Shown in pieces: positions 35,601 through 44,616 of a stretch of 64,000 bases of DNA. Each line of letters opens with the position of its first letter. The first letter of the stretch is position 1. Location of the stretch: the IMG/VR virus record IMGVR_UViG_3300023174_000057, positions 102,765 to 166,764 of that record, one strand, 5' to 3'. The notes under the pieces were generated by a model. The model was not told where the DNA came from. It saw nothing but the letters and a program-made list of their open reading frames with translations, and made no database searches. Origin of the DNA: a virus. The position numbers and the translations under genes were made by a program.

Positions 35601-37574
35601 CTCACGGTGAACGGCACCCTCATCACGGTGAACTTCACGGCGAGCTCGTCGGGGACGGTCACGGCCATCGGCCCTGCGGGTGTCGGTGCTTCGGTGCTCG
35701 GGCAGATCAACGCCGCTCTCGCGGCGGCACCGGGCACTGTCGCGGCGTCGCAGGAAGGTGCAACCATCCGCATCTACGCCTCGGGCACTGCGAACCTCGC
35801 GCAGAGCTCGGCGCTCATCGTCGGTGACGGCAACGCGAACACAATCCTCGGGTTCGCGGGCGGCACCATCGCCACGGTGAACTCGATCACCCCCAAGCAA
35901 CTCGCTTCGGCGCTTCAGTCGAACGTGGACAACACGGACTTCGTGAACTGGATGCTCGATCCCGCCACGCTGCTCATCACGCCGGGGTACTTCCAAGGTG
36001 AGGCTCTCGCCAGCACGGCGACGAGTGCCACGAACCAAGAGTACCTGTACGTTCAGAGCCGCTCGCTGGGCACTGCGTCCAGCATCCTGTTCGATGACGC
36101 GGCCACCAATAACGCCCTCCGCACGGGGAGCGGTCTGGGAGTGGTCGCGGGCAACGGGTCGAACGGCGAAGCCGCCATCAACGGCTTCTTCGTCACGTCG
36201 TCGGACCCCGCCAGCGGGTCGGGCTCCGCGAACACCTCGGTGCTCAACTTGGGTACCGGGCAGGACGGCATCATCGGCCAGACCTACGTTGACGATGTCA
36301 CCGGGCTGACCTTCACCATCCTCCCGCGCGCGGGCGGACTTCTGTACCCCACTGGCGGCACGGCGACCCTCTCGTTCCGGGTCTCCACGACCTTCGTGAC
36401 GGACTCCAACATCCCGACGCTGGCGATCCCCGGCGTCGAGCTCACCGTGGCCAACACGGCGGGCGTGGCGGTGGGCGACACGGCGCTGGTCGAGACGTTC
36501 AAGCGTGGTGGGGCAGAGCCCGCCATCGGTGAGCTCTACTACGTCAGCTACAACTACACCAAGACGGACTTCTCGGCCAAGCTCTTCGCCCGCATCCAAG
36601 ACGTGGTGAACGAGTACGGCGCGGTGTCGCCCGACAACCCCCTGTCGCTGGCGGCGTACCTCGCCTTCCTCAACGGGGCGGCGGTCATCGGCTGCATCCA
36701 AGTGCCGAAGACCCCGGGTCTGGCGACGGCGAGCGAGGCGGCGTACCTCGCGGCCATCGACGCCTCGTCGGGGACCTCCCTCCCGGGCTTCGTGTCCCCT
36801 GCGGTGCTGGTGGTCCTCACCCCGGCCACGCAGTCCCTCGTCCGGTACATGACGATCCACTGCGACACGCAGAGCTCCATCCGCTTCAAGTCGGAGCGGA
36901 CGGCGATCTTCGGCTTCGCGGCGGGCACCCGTCCTGACCAAGCCATCGCCTTCGCCCAAGTGGCGGGTGACACCCGGGTGCGCTTCGTGTACCCGGACAT
37001 CACCTCCATCTCCCTCACGGACGTTCTCGGTGCCACGAGGACCTACCTCGTGGACGGGCGCTACCTCGCGGCGGCAGTGGCGGCGAGCACGACCGCTGCG
37101 ACCATCGACCCGGCGACCCCGTGGGAGTCCCGGCAGTTGACGGGCTTCACCTCCCTCAACCGTCGCCTCGACGCGGTGACGATGAACCAGTTGGCCGTGG
37201 GTGGCATCACGGTGCTGGAGAACCGCCCGCCCTTCATTCGCATCCGGCACGGTCTGACCTCGGACACGACCAACATCCTGACGAAGACCCCGACCGTGAT
37301 CCAGATCGCGGACGAGATCCAGAAGCGGGTGCGGGCGACGTGCGACCCCTTCATCGGGGCCAAGTTCTTGCCTCAGATCATCGGCCAGATCGAAGGGCGT
37401 CTCAGCGAGATGTTCAAGGCGGCGGTGCAGGAGCAGATCATCTCCAGCTTCACGGGCATCTCCGTGACCACGGACCCGACCGACCCCACGGCGGTGATCG
37501 TGAACGCCTACTACCAGCCCGTGTTCCCGCTTCTCTATGTGCAGATTACCCTGCGCGTCTCTTCTACCCAGTGA
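32631..37574 (+). CDS. Contractile tail sheath protein (about 1647 aa, many inserted domains)
   Basis: N-terminal YAPPGVYTQT; C-terminal sheath core ending YYQPVFPLLYVQITL; upstream of tube. Confidence 0.88.
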   Translation: MPSILTGGYAPPGVYTQTFFGATQLPPSIPPLVPTFIGTGSEILVQSNLAVVRGSSASVDQQIVREDEAGRAVVSIAPSGAISLGAFDGTINRFRVKNYPIVNGDGSGTTATDSSSISVTVNGEPTVVLGLNGATGVVEISDFPAATDVVLCTYYFKRTDTRVTDNVSAQVTATPASINGSVGQNFTFASGTNQFKLSVDGLAQVTVSFPIGTFAAAVVAATLNGTVGIGSLVASTFINNLGETCVRLSADKSLTIGDGTANGVLGFVAGAATSRNRTFYTFNGPIVNGNNGGVTTTNPADVVVLVDGVAVTPTSVNGRTRAVTLPYAPKLGSTVTVQYYFNAWQDTFDYLANTGVTAITRAAVTPNSNGAGLYVNGADYILKNDTIVWGTAVLVNSGLHTEGFATFGSSQVSALLVDNEAFMAECARVVDTSGTVSVASKTQFQLPFQPTTGNGRGNPLGSTQYQIISNGRIDLPTDQPELVTAYWGFSVQDALERGSVTVTKVDSTTSTITLAVEVPEGATVYANFYYNTLTDQAFIGSSRGFTVTTVTAGTSGVGTYSITDGNNLPVYGVTYLGKGAGLTGIEIVFPSGSEFLSDARIEGGAPTLETVSVQFATSDTTPARFTAPGAGPYNTVAGQSSNLALEIDGAALAGGTINLTVPSGGTRGGAFAHVLSNEIPYDAASGDTSYVITAGVNDTVSLLVDGVSLTATAGAGGTQDAADFVTAINAAAVAGGAANPYYDSAGTFSSGFTVFVNKYDRIVFHYRGDVSGASGNLTATLTPGVYASAATLATEIDTQLGAQIGTLGAPFAGLALTVTATATGALRFTLTKATGDASGFLEFVTGGTPARDFCIVAGIDTGTVSGNGTKLYSGPIAAHYTVTTTGLRTPYDRILLRNRIFPGAGSIAPFHALSLCVLQSQGGNGAALAGLPSTLSGSAAYTGCALGPTLTADPGFSGQLNTFGDARDGQPTVTFYDGSDPLYPANNVFKLTVNGTLITVNFTASSSGTVTAIGPAGVGASVLGQINAALAAAPGTVAASQEGATIRIYASGTANLAQSSALIVGDGNANTILGFAGGTIATVNSITPKQLASALQSNVDNTDFVNWMLDPATLLITPGYFQGEALASTATSATNQEYLYVQSRSLGTASSILFDDAATNNALRTGSGLGVVAGNGSNGEAAINGFFVTSSDPASGSGSANTSVLNLGTGQDGIIGQTYVDDVTGLTFTILPRAGGLLYPTGGTATLSFRVSTTFVTDSNIPTLAIPGVELTVANTAGVAVGDTALVETFKRGGAEPAIGELYYVSYNYTKTDFSAKLFARIQDVVNEYGAVSPDNPLSLAAYLAFLNGAAVIGCIQVPKTPGLATASEAAYLAAIDASSGTSLPGFVSPAVLVVLTPATQSLVRYMTIHCDTQSSIRFKSERTAIFGFAAGTRPDQAIAFAQVAGDTRVRFVYPDITSISLTDVLGATRTYLVDGRYLAAAVAASTTAATIDPATPWESRQLTGFTSLNRRLDAVTMNQLAVGGITVLENRPPFIRIRHGLTSDTTNILTKTPTVIQIADEIQKRVRATCDPFIGAKFLPQIIGQIEGRLSEMFKAAVQEQIISSFTGISVTTDPTDPTAVIVNAYYQPVFPLLYVQITLRVSSTQ

Positions 37575-37609
37575 TTTCGCGGGGTTAGACCACCTCTTCG
37601 ATCACGGTT

Positions 37610-37672
37610 GACGGGGGGTGGGGTTCGTAGTGAGGTGAGTAACCCTCTACTACGAACCCCGCCTGTCCCGTC
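37610..37672 (+). other. Long hairpin between sheath and tube genes
   Basis: GGGGTTCGTAGT-GAGG...CCTC-T-ACTACGAACCCC extended by GACGGG/CCCGTC. Confidence 0.65.
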
Positions 37673-37766
37673 TGTGCCCCGCCGCCACGTTTCCCCGCCT
37701 ATACCTCTGCTATCTTGACCGGGTTGGGGGCGTTAGTCGCCCTATCACTCCGCGAGAGGTAGACCA

Positions 37767-38570
37767 ATGGCAAACCTAGACCGCACCCCGCAGAACGGCA
37801 CGCAGGGCAGTTCGTACCTGTACGACTTCGGCACGTCGCCCAACACTCGGACGGCGGTGAGCCAGAAGGTCCGCATTCTCGCTCCCGTCTTCGGGGCAGA
37901 GACCAAAGCCCTCTACCAGATGGGCGTGGTGAGCAACTTCACCCCGAACGCTTCGACGCGGGCAGCGGAAGAAGTCCGTGGCATCGGCTTCGGTGACATG
38001 ATCGCGGAGCTCGTGCCCACGGTCACGGCGGCGCACACGGCGACCATCGAGCGCGCCCTGCTGTACTTGTCGAACATCTGCCAAGCCGTGGGCTACGCGG
38101 CGGGTGTGGACGGTCCGGTGCGTACCCTCGCGCACCACCGCTGGCCCTTCGACGTGGAGCACCAGTTGGTCTTCTCGTCCCTCGCGGACCAAGACCTCGG
38201 CGTGGCGAACACTGGCACCAGCCTCCCTGCAAGTGGTGGTTTCGGACAGGGTGTGAAGCCCGTCCGTTATCCCGTGGTCGCGAACGGTCAACCCGTGGCT
38301 CCGGGTACCCCCCTCCCTCCTGCTCCCGGGCACTCGGCCATCATCACGATCTACGAGGCTTGCTGGATGACCTCGTGGACCTACGGAGCGGCCACCAAGG
38401 ACGCGGGGCAGATGGCCGAGACGGCAGAGATCACGATCTCTGACGTTCACGACTTCGCCAGCACCTACGGCGAGTTCCTCCCCACGGGCAACGATCCCAC
38501 GTCGGGTCAGCTTGGCTCGATCCGCTTCGGCATCGGCACGCGCGGCGGCGCACAGCCTCTCGCGGCCTGA
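37767..38570 (+). CDS. Tail tube protein
   Basis: Follows sheath; VRGIGFGD..AELVP, TIYEACWMTSW pattern. Confidence 0.75.
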   Translation: MANLDRTPQNGTQGSSYLYDFGTSPNTRTAVSQKVRILAPVFGAETKALYQMGVVSNFTPNASTRAAEEVRGIGFGDMIAELVPTVTAAHTATIERALLYLSNICQAVGYAAGVDGPVRTLAHHRWPFDVEHQLVFSSLADQDLGVANTGTSLPASGGFGQGVKPVRYPVVANGQPVAPGTPLPPAPGHSAIITIYEACWMTSWTYGAATKDAGQMAETAEITISDVHDFASTYGEFLPTGNDPTSGQLGSIRFGIGTRGGAQPLAA

Positions 38571-38595
38571 TCTCCCACTCCCAACGCTGGTATCA

Positions 38596-38636
38596 TGAGG
38601 GCGCGGTGGGTTTACCTACCGCGCCCTCACTCTTTT
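38596..38636 (+). terminator. Terminator-like hairpin after tube gene
   Basis: TGAGGGCGCGGTGGG-TTTA-CCTACCGCGCCCTCA-CTCTTTT. Confidence 0.7.
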
Positions 38637-38648
38637 CGGAGACGCACC

Positions 38649-39809
38649 GTGGCACTTTCGCTCAAAGACCTCCAAGAAGTCATGCAGCCCCTCTCGGACC
38701 TTGGAAAGGGCGAGGAGACCTTTGAGGTCAACGGGCTCCAGATCACCCTCCGCAACCTCACCCCGGAGGAGGAAATCGCCACCCAGCGGTACGCCCGCTC
38801 GGCCCTGCTGGAGGGCGATGCGAACGACCAGATCAGCGCCCTCGACTACCTCGACAAGTTCCGCGCCGCGTGCCTTGGCTACGCCATCGTCCAGATCGGG
38901 AAGCTGGACTTCCGTGCCGTGAGCACCGTCGAGACGGGCGAGAAGCTCCCCAACGGCGTCGCCGTGAAGGTCAAGAAGCACGAGGCCATCATCAAGGTGA
39001 TGGAGGGCTGGACCCGGACGATGGTCACGGCCATCTTCCAGCGGTTCACGGCGCTCTCTGATCGCCTTGACTCCCTCGTGGACAAGAACATTCAGTACGA
39101 CGACGACCACATCGACGGCGAGGTCGCTCGGTTGGAAGAGAAGATCGCGGAGCTCAAGGCCACGAAGGCGAAGCGCGTCGCCGGGGAGACCGATCCCCGC
39201 AAGGACGCGAACAATCTCGCCGCGAACCGGGCCAAGAAGTCGGAGCCCCAGCCCGAACCGGAGACGGAGGCCCAGCCCGAGAAGGAGACGTGGGAGACCG
39301 CACGGAAGAACCGCGTCGCCAAGGAGGAGCCCTACGCCGTCGAGGTGCCTGACACGGTGCCCAAGGCTGTGGCCGTGGAGAGCGCCCCGGTGGAGGAGAG
39401 CGCCGCGCCCACGGAAGTCCCTCCCCAGCAAGCTCGGAAGTCCGTCTTCGGTGAGCGTCCCCCGGTGCGGGAGACTCCCAAGGTCGAGCCCGCCAAGGTC
39501 GAGAGCTCGTTCGACCAGATTGAGTCGTCCTTGGTGGACACGGACGACCCCGGGGTGATCGAAGCCGAGAACCGACGCATCATGGCCGAGAGGGCCAAGA
39601 GAATGGCTTCCCACCTGTCGGCGCGCGAGGTGGCCCAAGCCGTGGAGAAGACCACGAACGAGATCAAGCAGACGGGGGAAATCGGGGGCGTGCCTGTGTT
39701 CTCCATGCCCGTCCAGAACCTCACCCCGGAGACGGCCAAGCCGGTGCGTCAGCCACCTCCGGTGACGAAGTCGAACGTCAACCCCAACTTTCGCCCCGCG
39801 AAGGGTTGA
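38649..39809 (+). CDS. Putative tail assembly chaperone
   Basis: Between tube and tape measure; ITLRNLTPEEE; GGAG RBS before GTG. Confidence 0.6.
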   Translation: MALSLKDLQEVMQPLSDLGKGEETFEVNGLQITLRNLTPEEEIATQRYARSALLEGDANDQISALDYLDKFRAACLGYAIVQIGKLDFRAVSTVETGEKLPNGVAVKVKKHEAIIKVMEGWTRTMVTAIFQRFTALSDRLDSLVDKNIQYDDDHIDGEVARLEEKIAELKATKAKRVAGETDPRKDANNLAANRAKKSEPQPEPETEAQPEKETWETARKNRVAKEEPYAVEVPDTVPKAVAVESAPVEESAAPTEVPPQQARKSVFGERPPVRETPKVEPAKVESSFDQIESSLVDTDDPGVIEAENRRIMAERAKRMASHLSAREVAQAVEKTTNEIKQTGEIGGVPVFSMPVQNLTPETAKPVRQPPPVTKSNVNPNFRPAKG

Positions 39810-41003
39810 TTGAGTGCCCCCGACACCACGTCCATGTACGGGGACCTCCTGCGGCTCCTCGTACCGGGGTTCCTCACGACCACCATCGAGCTAGAGGGAC
39901 ACCGCTTCGGGCTGCGTTCTCTGTCGCAGCCTGATCTCGACTTTTTGCGCCACTGCGTGCGGGAGGGTGATCCGGCGTGGCGGTATCACCTCGTGGCTCA
40001 CAGCCTGTGGATGGTGGACGGCCTCCCCCTGCTGGAGTCCAAAGGTATCGCCCACAAGGTGGCCCTCGACCACATCATGAAGGCGAGCAGGACGCTGGTC
40101 CGCGCGATGCTCGGCACCGCCTACGGGTTCTACACCCGGATGCGGGAGGCCAACTTCTACCTTGAGGCGTACCTGTACGAGGACGAGTCCCGGCGCTTGT
40201 GGCGGGGCCTCTCCAACGGGCAGTACCCCCTGCACACCAAGGCGGCGATCCCCGGAATCGAGCGGTTGGGCCAGAACTCTATTCAGTCGTCGTGGGTGTC
40301 TTGGAACCGTCTGGAGGACGAGAGAGACGCTCAGTCCTTCCACTGGTCGAACACCAAGGTGCTGGTGTCCCTTCAGTCCTACAAGGGCTACGAGAAGCTC
40401 CACGGGCGGGACCAGAGCCGGGAGCAGAGCGAGGACGCCCGTCGTCAGAGCGTGATCGAGAAGGCTCGGCAACGGTTCCGCCACGGCCCGGAGAAGACCA
40501 CCACGGGAGTCTCGCAGAGGTCGGACGTACAGCGGGTGAAGACACCCGAAGAACTTGAAGACGAGATGCGTCGGTGGATCGCGGGCGAGTTCGACGACCA
40601 CGACCAGATCGTGGAGGCGTACAAGAACCGCCTTCGCGACGAGCAGTTGGAGCGGGAGCGCCAGAAGGAAGCCTTTCTGGAAGATCTCCGCGCGCAACGG
40701 GCACAGGAGGAGGAGACCTTTGGGGTGTCCAAGCCCCTGCTGCGCCCCATCACCCCAGAGCAGATGGCCGTGCTGCGAGCGGGGCAACCCTCGTCCGGGG
40801 CGAAGTTCATCGCGGAGGCAGACCCCGTTTCTCGTACTTTCAACCGCTATCTACGACCGACCGTCGAGGCCGGGAACTTGAGCGTAGACGAAGCGGGCCG
40901 CATCATCGAGAGACCCCCCACCGTCGCGGCTCCTGCCCCGTCTCTCAACGAGCGGATAGCATCCCGAAAGGTCGTCCTCGATGCCGATGAAACTCAAGGT
41001 TGA
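39810..41003 (+). CDS. Putative second tail assembly chaperone-like protein
   Basis: FGLRSLSQPD resembles ITLRNLTPEE; same frame as upstream ORF. Confidence 0.55.
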   Translation: MSAPDTTSMYGDLLRLLVPGFLTTTIELEGHRFGLRSLSQPDLDFLRHCVREGDPAWRYHLVAHSLWMVDGLPLLESKGIAHKVALDHIMKASRTLVRAMLGTAYGFYTRMREANFYLEAYLYEDESRRLWRGLSNGQYPLHTKAAIPGIERLGQNSIQSSWVSWNRLEDERDAQSFHWSNTKVLVSLQSYKGYEKLHGRDQSREQSEDARRQSVIEKARQRFRHGPEKTTTGVSQRSDVQRVKTPEELEDEMRRWIAGEFDDHDQIVEAYKNRLRDEQLERERQKEAFLEDLRAQRAQEEETFGVSKPLLRPITPEQMAVLRAGQPSSGAKFIAEADPVSRTFNRYLRPTVEAGNLSVDEAGRIIERPPTVAAPAPSLNERIASRKVVLDADETQG

Positions 41004-44000
41004 GCTCGACTTCGACACCGCCAAGAGGGCGGCGAACAAGGCCAGCAAGGACATCGCTGAGGGTTTCAAGACCGCGATGGAGAGCGCCTTGGCCAACAAG
41101 GCGTTCCTCGGCCAGCGTCTCCGCGCGAACGAAGCGGTCATCCTCAAGTTCCAGAAGGACCTTGCCAACAAACAAATAGCACTGGAGGAGCGGGAGCGCG
41201 TCCGCAAGGAGAAGGCCGACAACCAGACCGCCGCCAAGCTCCACGCCCTTCGCACCAAGTACTTGGAGGATGAAGCCGCCGTTCAGGCAGAAACGGACGA
41301 GGATCGGAAAACCGCTCTCAAGGACCAGTTCGCTGAGACCAAGAGGCTCCGCGACCTGTACGAGGAGATCGAGCAGAGCTCTGAGCGGTTCAACGACAAC
41401 ACCCAAGGGATCGTCCGTGGGCTCCTCGCCAGCGCGAAGACCACCGAGAAGCTGACCAAGCGGATGGAGGCTGCGGCTGAGGCTGCGGATGACATCCAGA
41501 AGACGTTCGACAACCTGTCGGTTCAGAACCTCGGTGAGAACCTCACCGACGTGGCCGACAAGTTTGGCGACGCCCTCAAGAACGGCATCGACCTTGAGTC
41601 CATGTCGAAGGACCTCGGCAAGGGGATCGGCAAGGCCCTCGGCCAAGGGATGAAAGCCCTCGGGGGTGGTGGCGCGGGGATGATGGCGGCGGCGGGGGCT
41701 GTCGCTGGGGCCGTTGCGGGTCTCGGGCTACTCCTCGCGGCGTTTGTCGCCGTGGACAAGAAGGTCAAGGAGTTCAACAAGGACATCATCAAGACTCACG
41801 GCGCTCTGTCTCTCATGCGGATGGGTGGTGGAAACCTCAACCGAAGCCTTCAAGTCATCAAGCACACCGTCTCGGATCTGTCGGCCAACTTCGGCGTGAG
41901 CGAAACTGACGCCAAGGCTCTGTTCGACACGCTGGACAAGGGTGGCATCACCCTTGATCGTCTGACGCATGGGGCAAGAGACGCGGCGGATCAGCAGAGG
42001 GTGCTGAACCAAGCCCTGCGGGATATGCACTCCATCGCCAACGTCTTGGGGGTGGGTCTGTCGGACTATGCGAATGACCTCACAAACTACGTCAACGATC
42101 TCGCCTCGTCCACGCAGACGGTAAACGACTCGTTCGCTCAGATCGCGAAGATGGCCAGTGAGAGCGCCTTCGGAACCCGGCGGTTCTACTCAATGGTGAC
42201 TCAAGCCACGACGGGGCAGGCGGCGCTGAACGTGAGCCTAGAGCAGACAGGAGACCTCCTCCTACGGATGTCCAAGATCATGGGTGCAAAGAAGGCTGTG
42301 GAGGCTCTCGGTGCCGCTGCTGGGGACATGGGAGCTCTCTCTGCTCAAGACCGCATCAAGCACGTCATCCTTGGTGGCGCTAGAGGGCGACGGCGTGTCG
42401 GTGTCGAGGCTCGGCAACAAGCCTCGACGCTGGCCGGGGACGTGACCCGTGCGGGTAACGAGGGGATGAAAAATGCCCTCACTCAAGCACTGACTTCTGC
42501 GGGACTCACGGACAAGGGCATCTCAGAGGCCGTAAACGCTCGTGATCCGACGCGGCTGGTGAACGCTCTTGGGAAGCTGAACCAGAGCCAGCAAACCCGT
42601 CTCGTCGCACACCTCCGCGACCAAGGTACGGATGAGGCGAACGCTCTGGCTCGGAGACTCGACCAACAGGTCAGCCTCTCACGCGCCGCTGGTGGGAGTC
42701 TATCCGCGACCGTGAACGCAATGGAGACGTTCAGTGCGGGAGGGTCCATCGCCTACAAGCTGGACGAGGTAGAGAACCTTCTCGGTGGTCGCTTGGAGAA
42801 CCTCAACGCGACACAACGCGCCGCCGCCGAGAACCTCACGGGGATGTCGGGACATCAGTACGATGCCATGCGGGACTACTCTCGCGCTTTGCAGGGGAGC
42901 TTCGGCATCCTTGAGAGTCACATGGGGGAGAACGTCGAAGCGAATGCGGAGCTCGATAAGCACCTCGTGAAGATGTACGGGGCTACGATTAGAGACGGAA
43001 AGATCGTGTCCGCCCATTTGGATGCGAACGGGAACGTCGCCCGCGAGACGGGAGAGGAGATCACACGCGCCAACGACCTCTCCCAAGCCTACACACGGGC
43101 CACGGGCGACGACATCACAAAGCTCCGCGAGGAGACCACCTCCATCGCCTACCAGACGATGGACGCCACAACCTCCGTGGCAGACATCCTAGAAAACAAG
43201 GTCGCCATGTACATCCAACGTCTGTACGAGTGGGCAGACGGATGGCTGGGGCCGTTGTTGGCGAGGCTCCTCGAAGGGAGCGAGCGGGAGGCTTTTGAGC
43301 AGAAGAGGGCTACAGCGACCGTTTTTGAGAAAGAGATCGAAAAGCTCCAGAAGCAGAACGAGACAGAGCGGACGCAGATGGCCCGCCTGTCCGTGACCGC
43401 GACGAGTTCCACCAACTCAGAGGAGAGGGCGCGGGCCAATCAGGAGCTTCAACAACTCCAGCAACGGCAAACTCGACGCACCCAGCAGATCCAAGGCTAT
43501 CGCGAAGCCACTCAACGGGTCCGTGAGGGTAACACCTACGACACCCGCAATGTGGCGGTTCAGTACGATGACAAACAGTCTCAGCGGGAAGAGGCTCAAG
43601 TACGAGGCCCACGCGGAGAAGGTGGTGCGGGGGCTTTTGCCGCTGGTAGGTCCACGAGCGGTCAAACTATCAAACGGACGATGAACTTTGCCTCTCACGA
43701 GGAGGCTCAGGCTTACATCCGCGCGCATCCAGAACAGAAAGCCCGGATTATCGGGGAAACTCAGATTTCCGCTGCGGATGCTCTACGCCGTGTTCAAGAA
43801 CGCATGGGCATGACCGCTGAAGAGCGTGCAGGTGTCGCAGCGCCCGCTGCGGGGGCTGCGCCCGCTGCTGCCCCGACGACCCCCACTGCACCCACTCCAG
43901 CGAGGCCGACGCCCACCGCGCCTACCACCACGACGGCGGCACCCACGGCTACACCTACACCTGCTCGCCCAGCGCCCACCGCCCCCGCTGCACCCGCGAC

Positions 44001-44616
44001 CCCCGCCCAACAAGCTCGCGATCCCGGTGCCGTGGCCACACAGGACGCAGCGGACGAACAGCGCCAGCGGGATGATCGGGACCGACGTGAACGGCAACGC
44101 ACCGAGCAACAGCGCCAGCGCGATGCCGAGAGACTCCTCAAGGGCAAAGACCTTGGGGACGGGCTGGCAACGAGCCGTCTCCCTGACGCCATCGCGGAGG
44201 CCGACGCCAAGATGCGCCTCACGGAGGCCCTCTTCAAGGAGGGCAAGAGCGAGGATGACATCGCCCGAATTCTCAGGGGTGAGAACCTTTCGGACACAGA
44301 CCGAGCGGGCACAGAGTCGGGCAACCTCGTGAAGTCACTGGGCCTTCGCCGCTCACAGGTCCACCAAGCCCAAGAGGACTTCATCTACCAGAACCGTGGT
44401 GGCCAATCCATCGTCACCCCGATCAGTTCGCAGGACAGCGTCATCGGGGCCAAGCCCGGTGGTGCCCTGTCCAACCTTGCGGGGCGCGCGGGAGGTGCCG
44501 GGAACGTGAACATCCACATCAACGGTGGCGACGAGCGCCGGGTGTTTGAGGTGGTCAAGCGGGCCATCCAGCAAGCCGGGATCACCCCGAACCGTGTCCC
44601 GGCGGGAGGCACCTGA
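40981..44616 (+). CDS. Tape measure protein
   Basis: 1211 aa, helical Ala/Leu-rich with hydrophobic segment; canonical position. Confidence 0.75.
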   Translation: MPMKLKVELDFDTAKRAANKASKDIAEGFKTAMESALANKAFLGQRLRANEAVILKFQKDLANKQIALEERERVRKEKADNQTAAKLHALRTKYLEDEAAVQAETDEDRKTALKDQFAETKRLRDLYEEIEQSSERFNDNTQGIVRGLLASAKTTEKLTKRMEAAAEAADDIQKTFDNLSVQNLGENLTDVADKFGDALKNGIDLESMSKDLGKGIGKALGQGMKALGGGGAGMMAAAGAVAGAVAGLGLLLAAFVAVDKKVKEFNKDIIKTHGALSLMRMGGGNLNRSLQVIKHTVSDLSANFGVSETDAKALFDTLDKGGITLDRLTHGARDAADQQRVLNQALRDMHSIANVLGVGLSDYANDLTNYVNDLASSTQTVNDSFAQIAKMASESAFGTRRFYSMVTQATTGQAALNVSLEQTGDLLLRMSKIMGAKKAVEALGAAAGDMGALSAQDRIKHVILGGARGRRRVGVEARQQASTLAGDVTRAGNEGMKNALTQALTSAGLTDKGISEAVNARDPTRLVNALGKLNQSQQTRLVAHLRDQGTDEANALARRLDQQVSLSRAAGGSLSATVNAMETFSAGGSIAYKLDEVENLLGGRLENLNATQRAAAENLTGMSGHQYDAMRDYSRALQGSFGILESHMGENVEANAELDKHLVKMYGATIRDGKIVSAHLDANGNVARETGEEITRANDLSQAYTRATGDDITKLREETTSIAYQTMDATTSVADILENKVAMYIQRLYEWADGWLGPLLARLLEGSEREAFEQKRATATVFEKEIEKLQKQNETERTQMARLSVTATSSTNSEERARANQELQQLQQRQTRRTQQIQGYREATQRVREGNTYDTRNVAVQYDDKQSQREEAQVRGPRGEGGAGAFAAGRSTSGQTIKRTMNFASHEEAQAYIRAHPEQKARIIGETQISAADALRRVQERMGMTAEERAGVAAPAAGAAPAAAPTTPTAPTPARPTPTAPTTTTAAPTATPTPARPAPTAPAAPATPAQQARDPGAVATQDAADEQRQRDDRDRRERQRTEQQRQRDAERLLKGKDLGDGLATSRLPDAIAEADAKMRLTEALFKEGKSEDDIARILRGENLSDTDRAGTESGNLVKSLGLRRSQVHQAQEDFIYQNRGGQSIVTPISSQDSVIGAKPGGALSNLAGRAGGAGNVNIHINGGDERRVFEVVKRAIQQAGITPNRVPAGGT

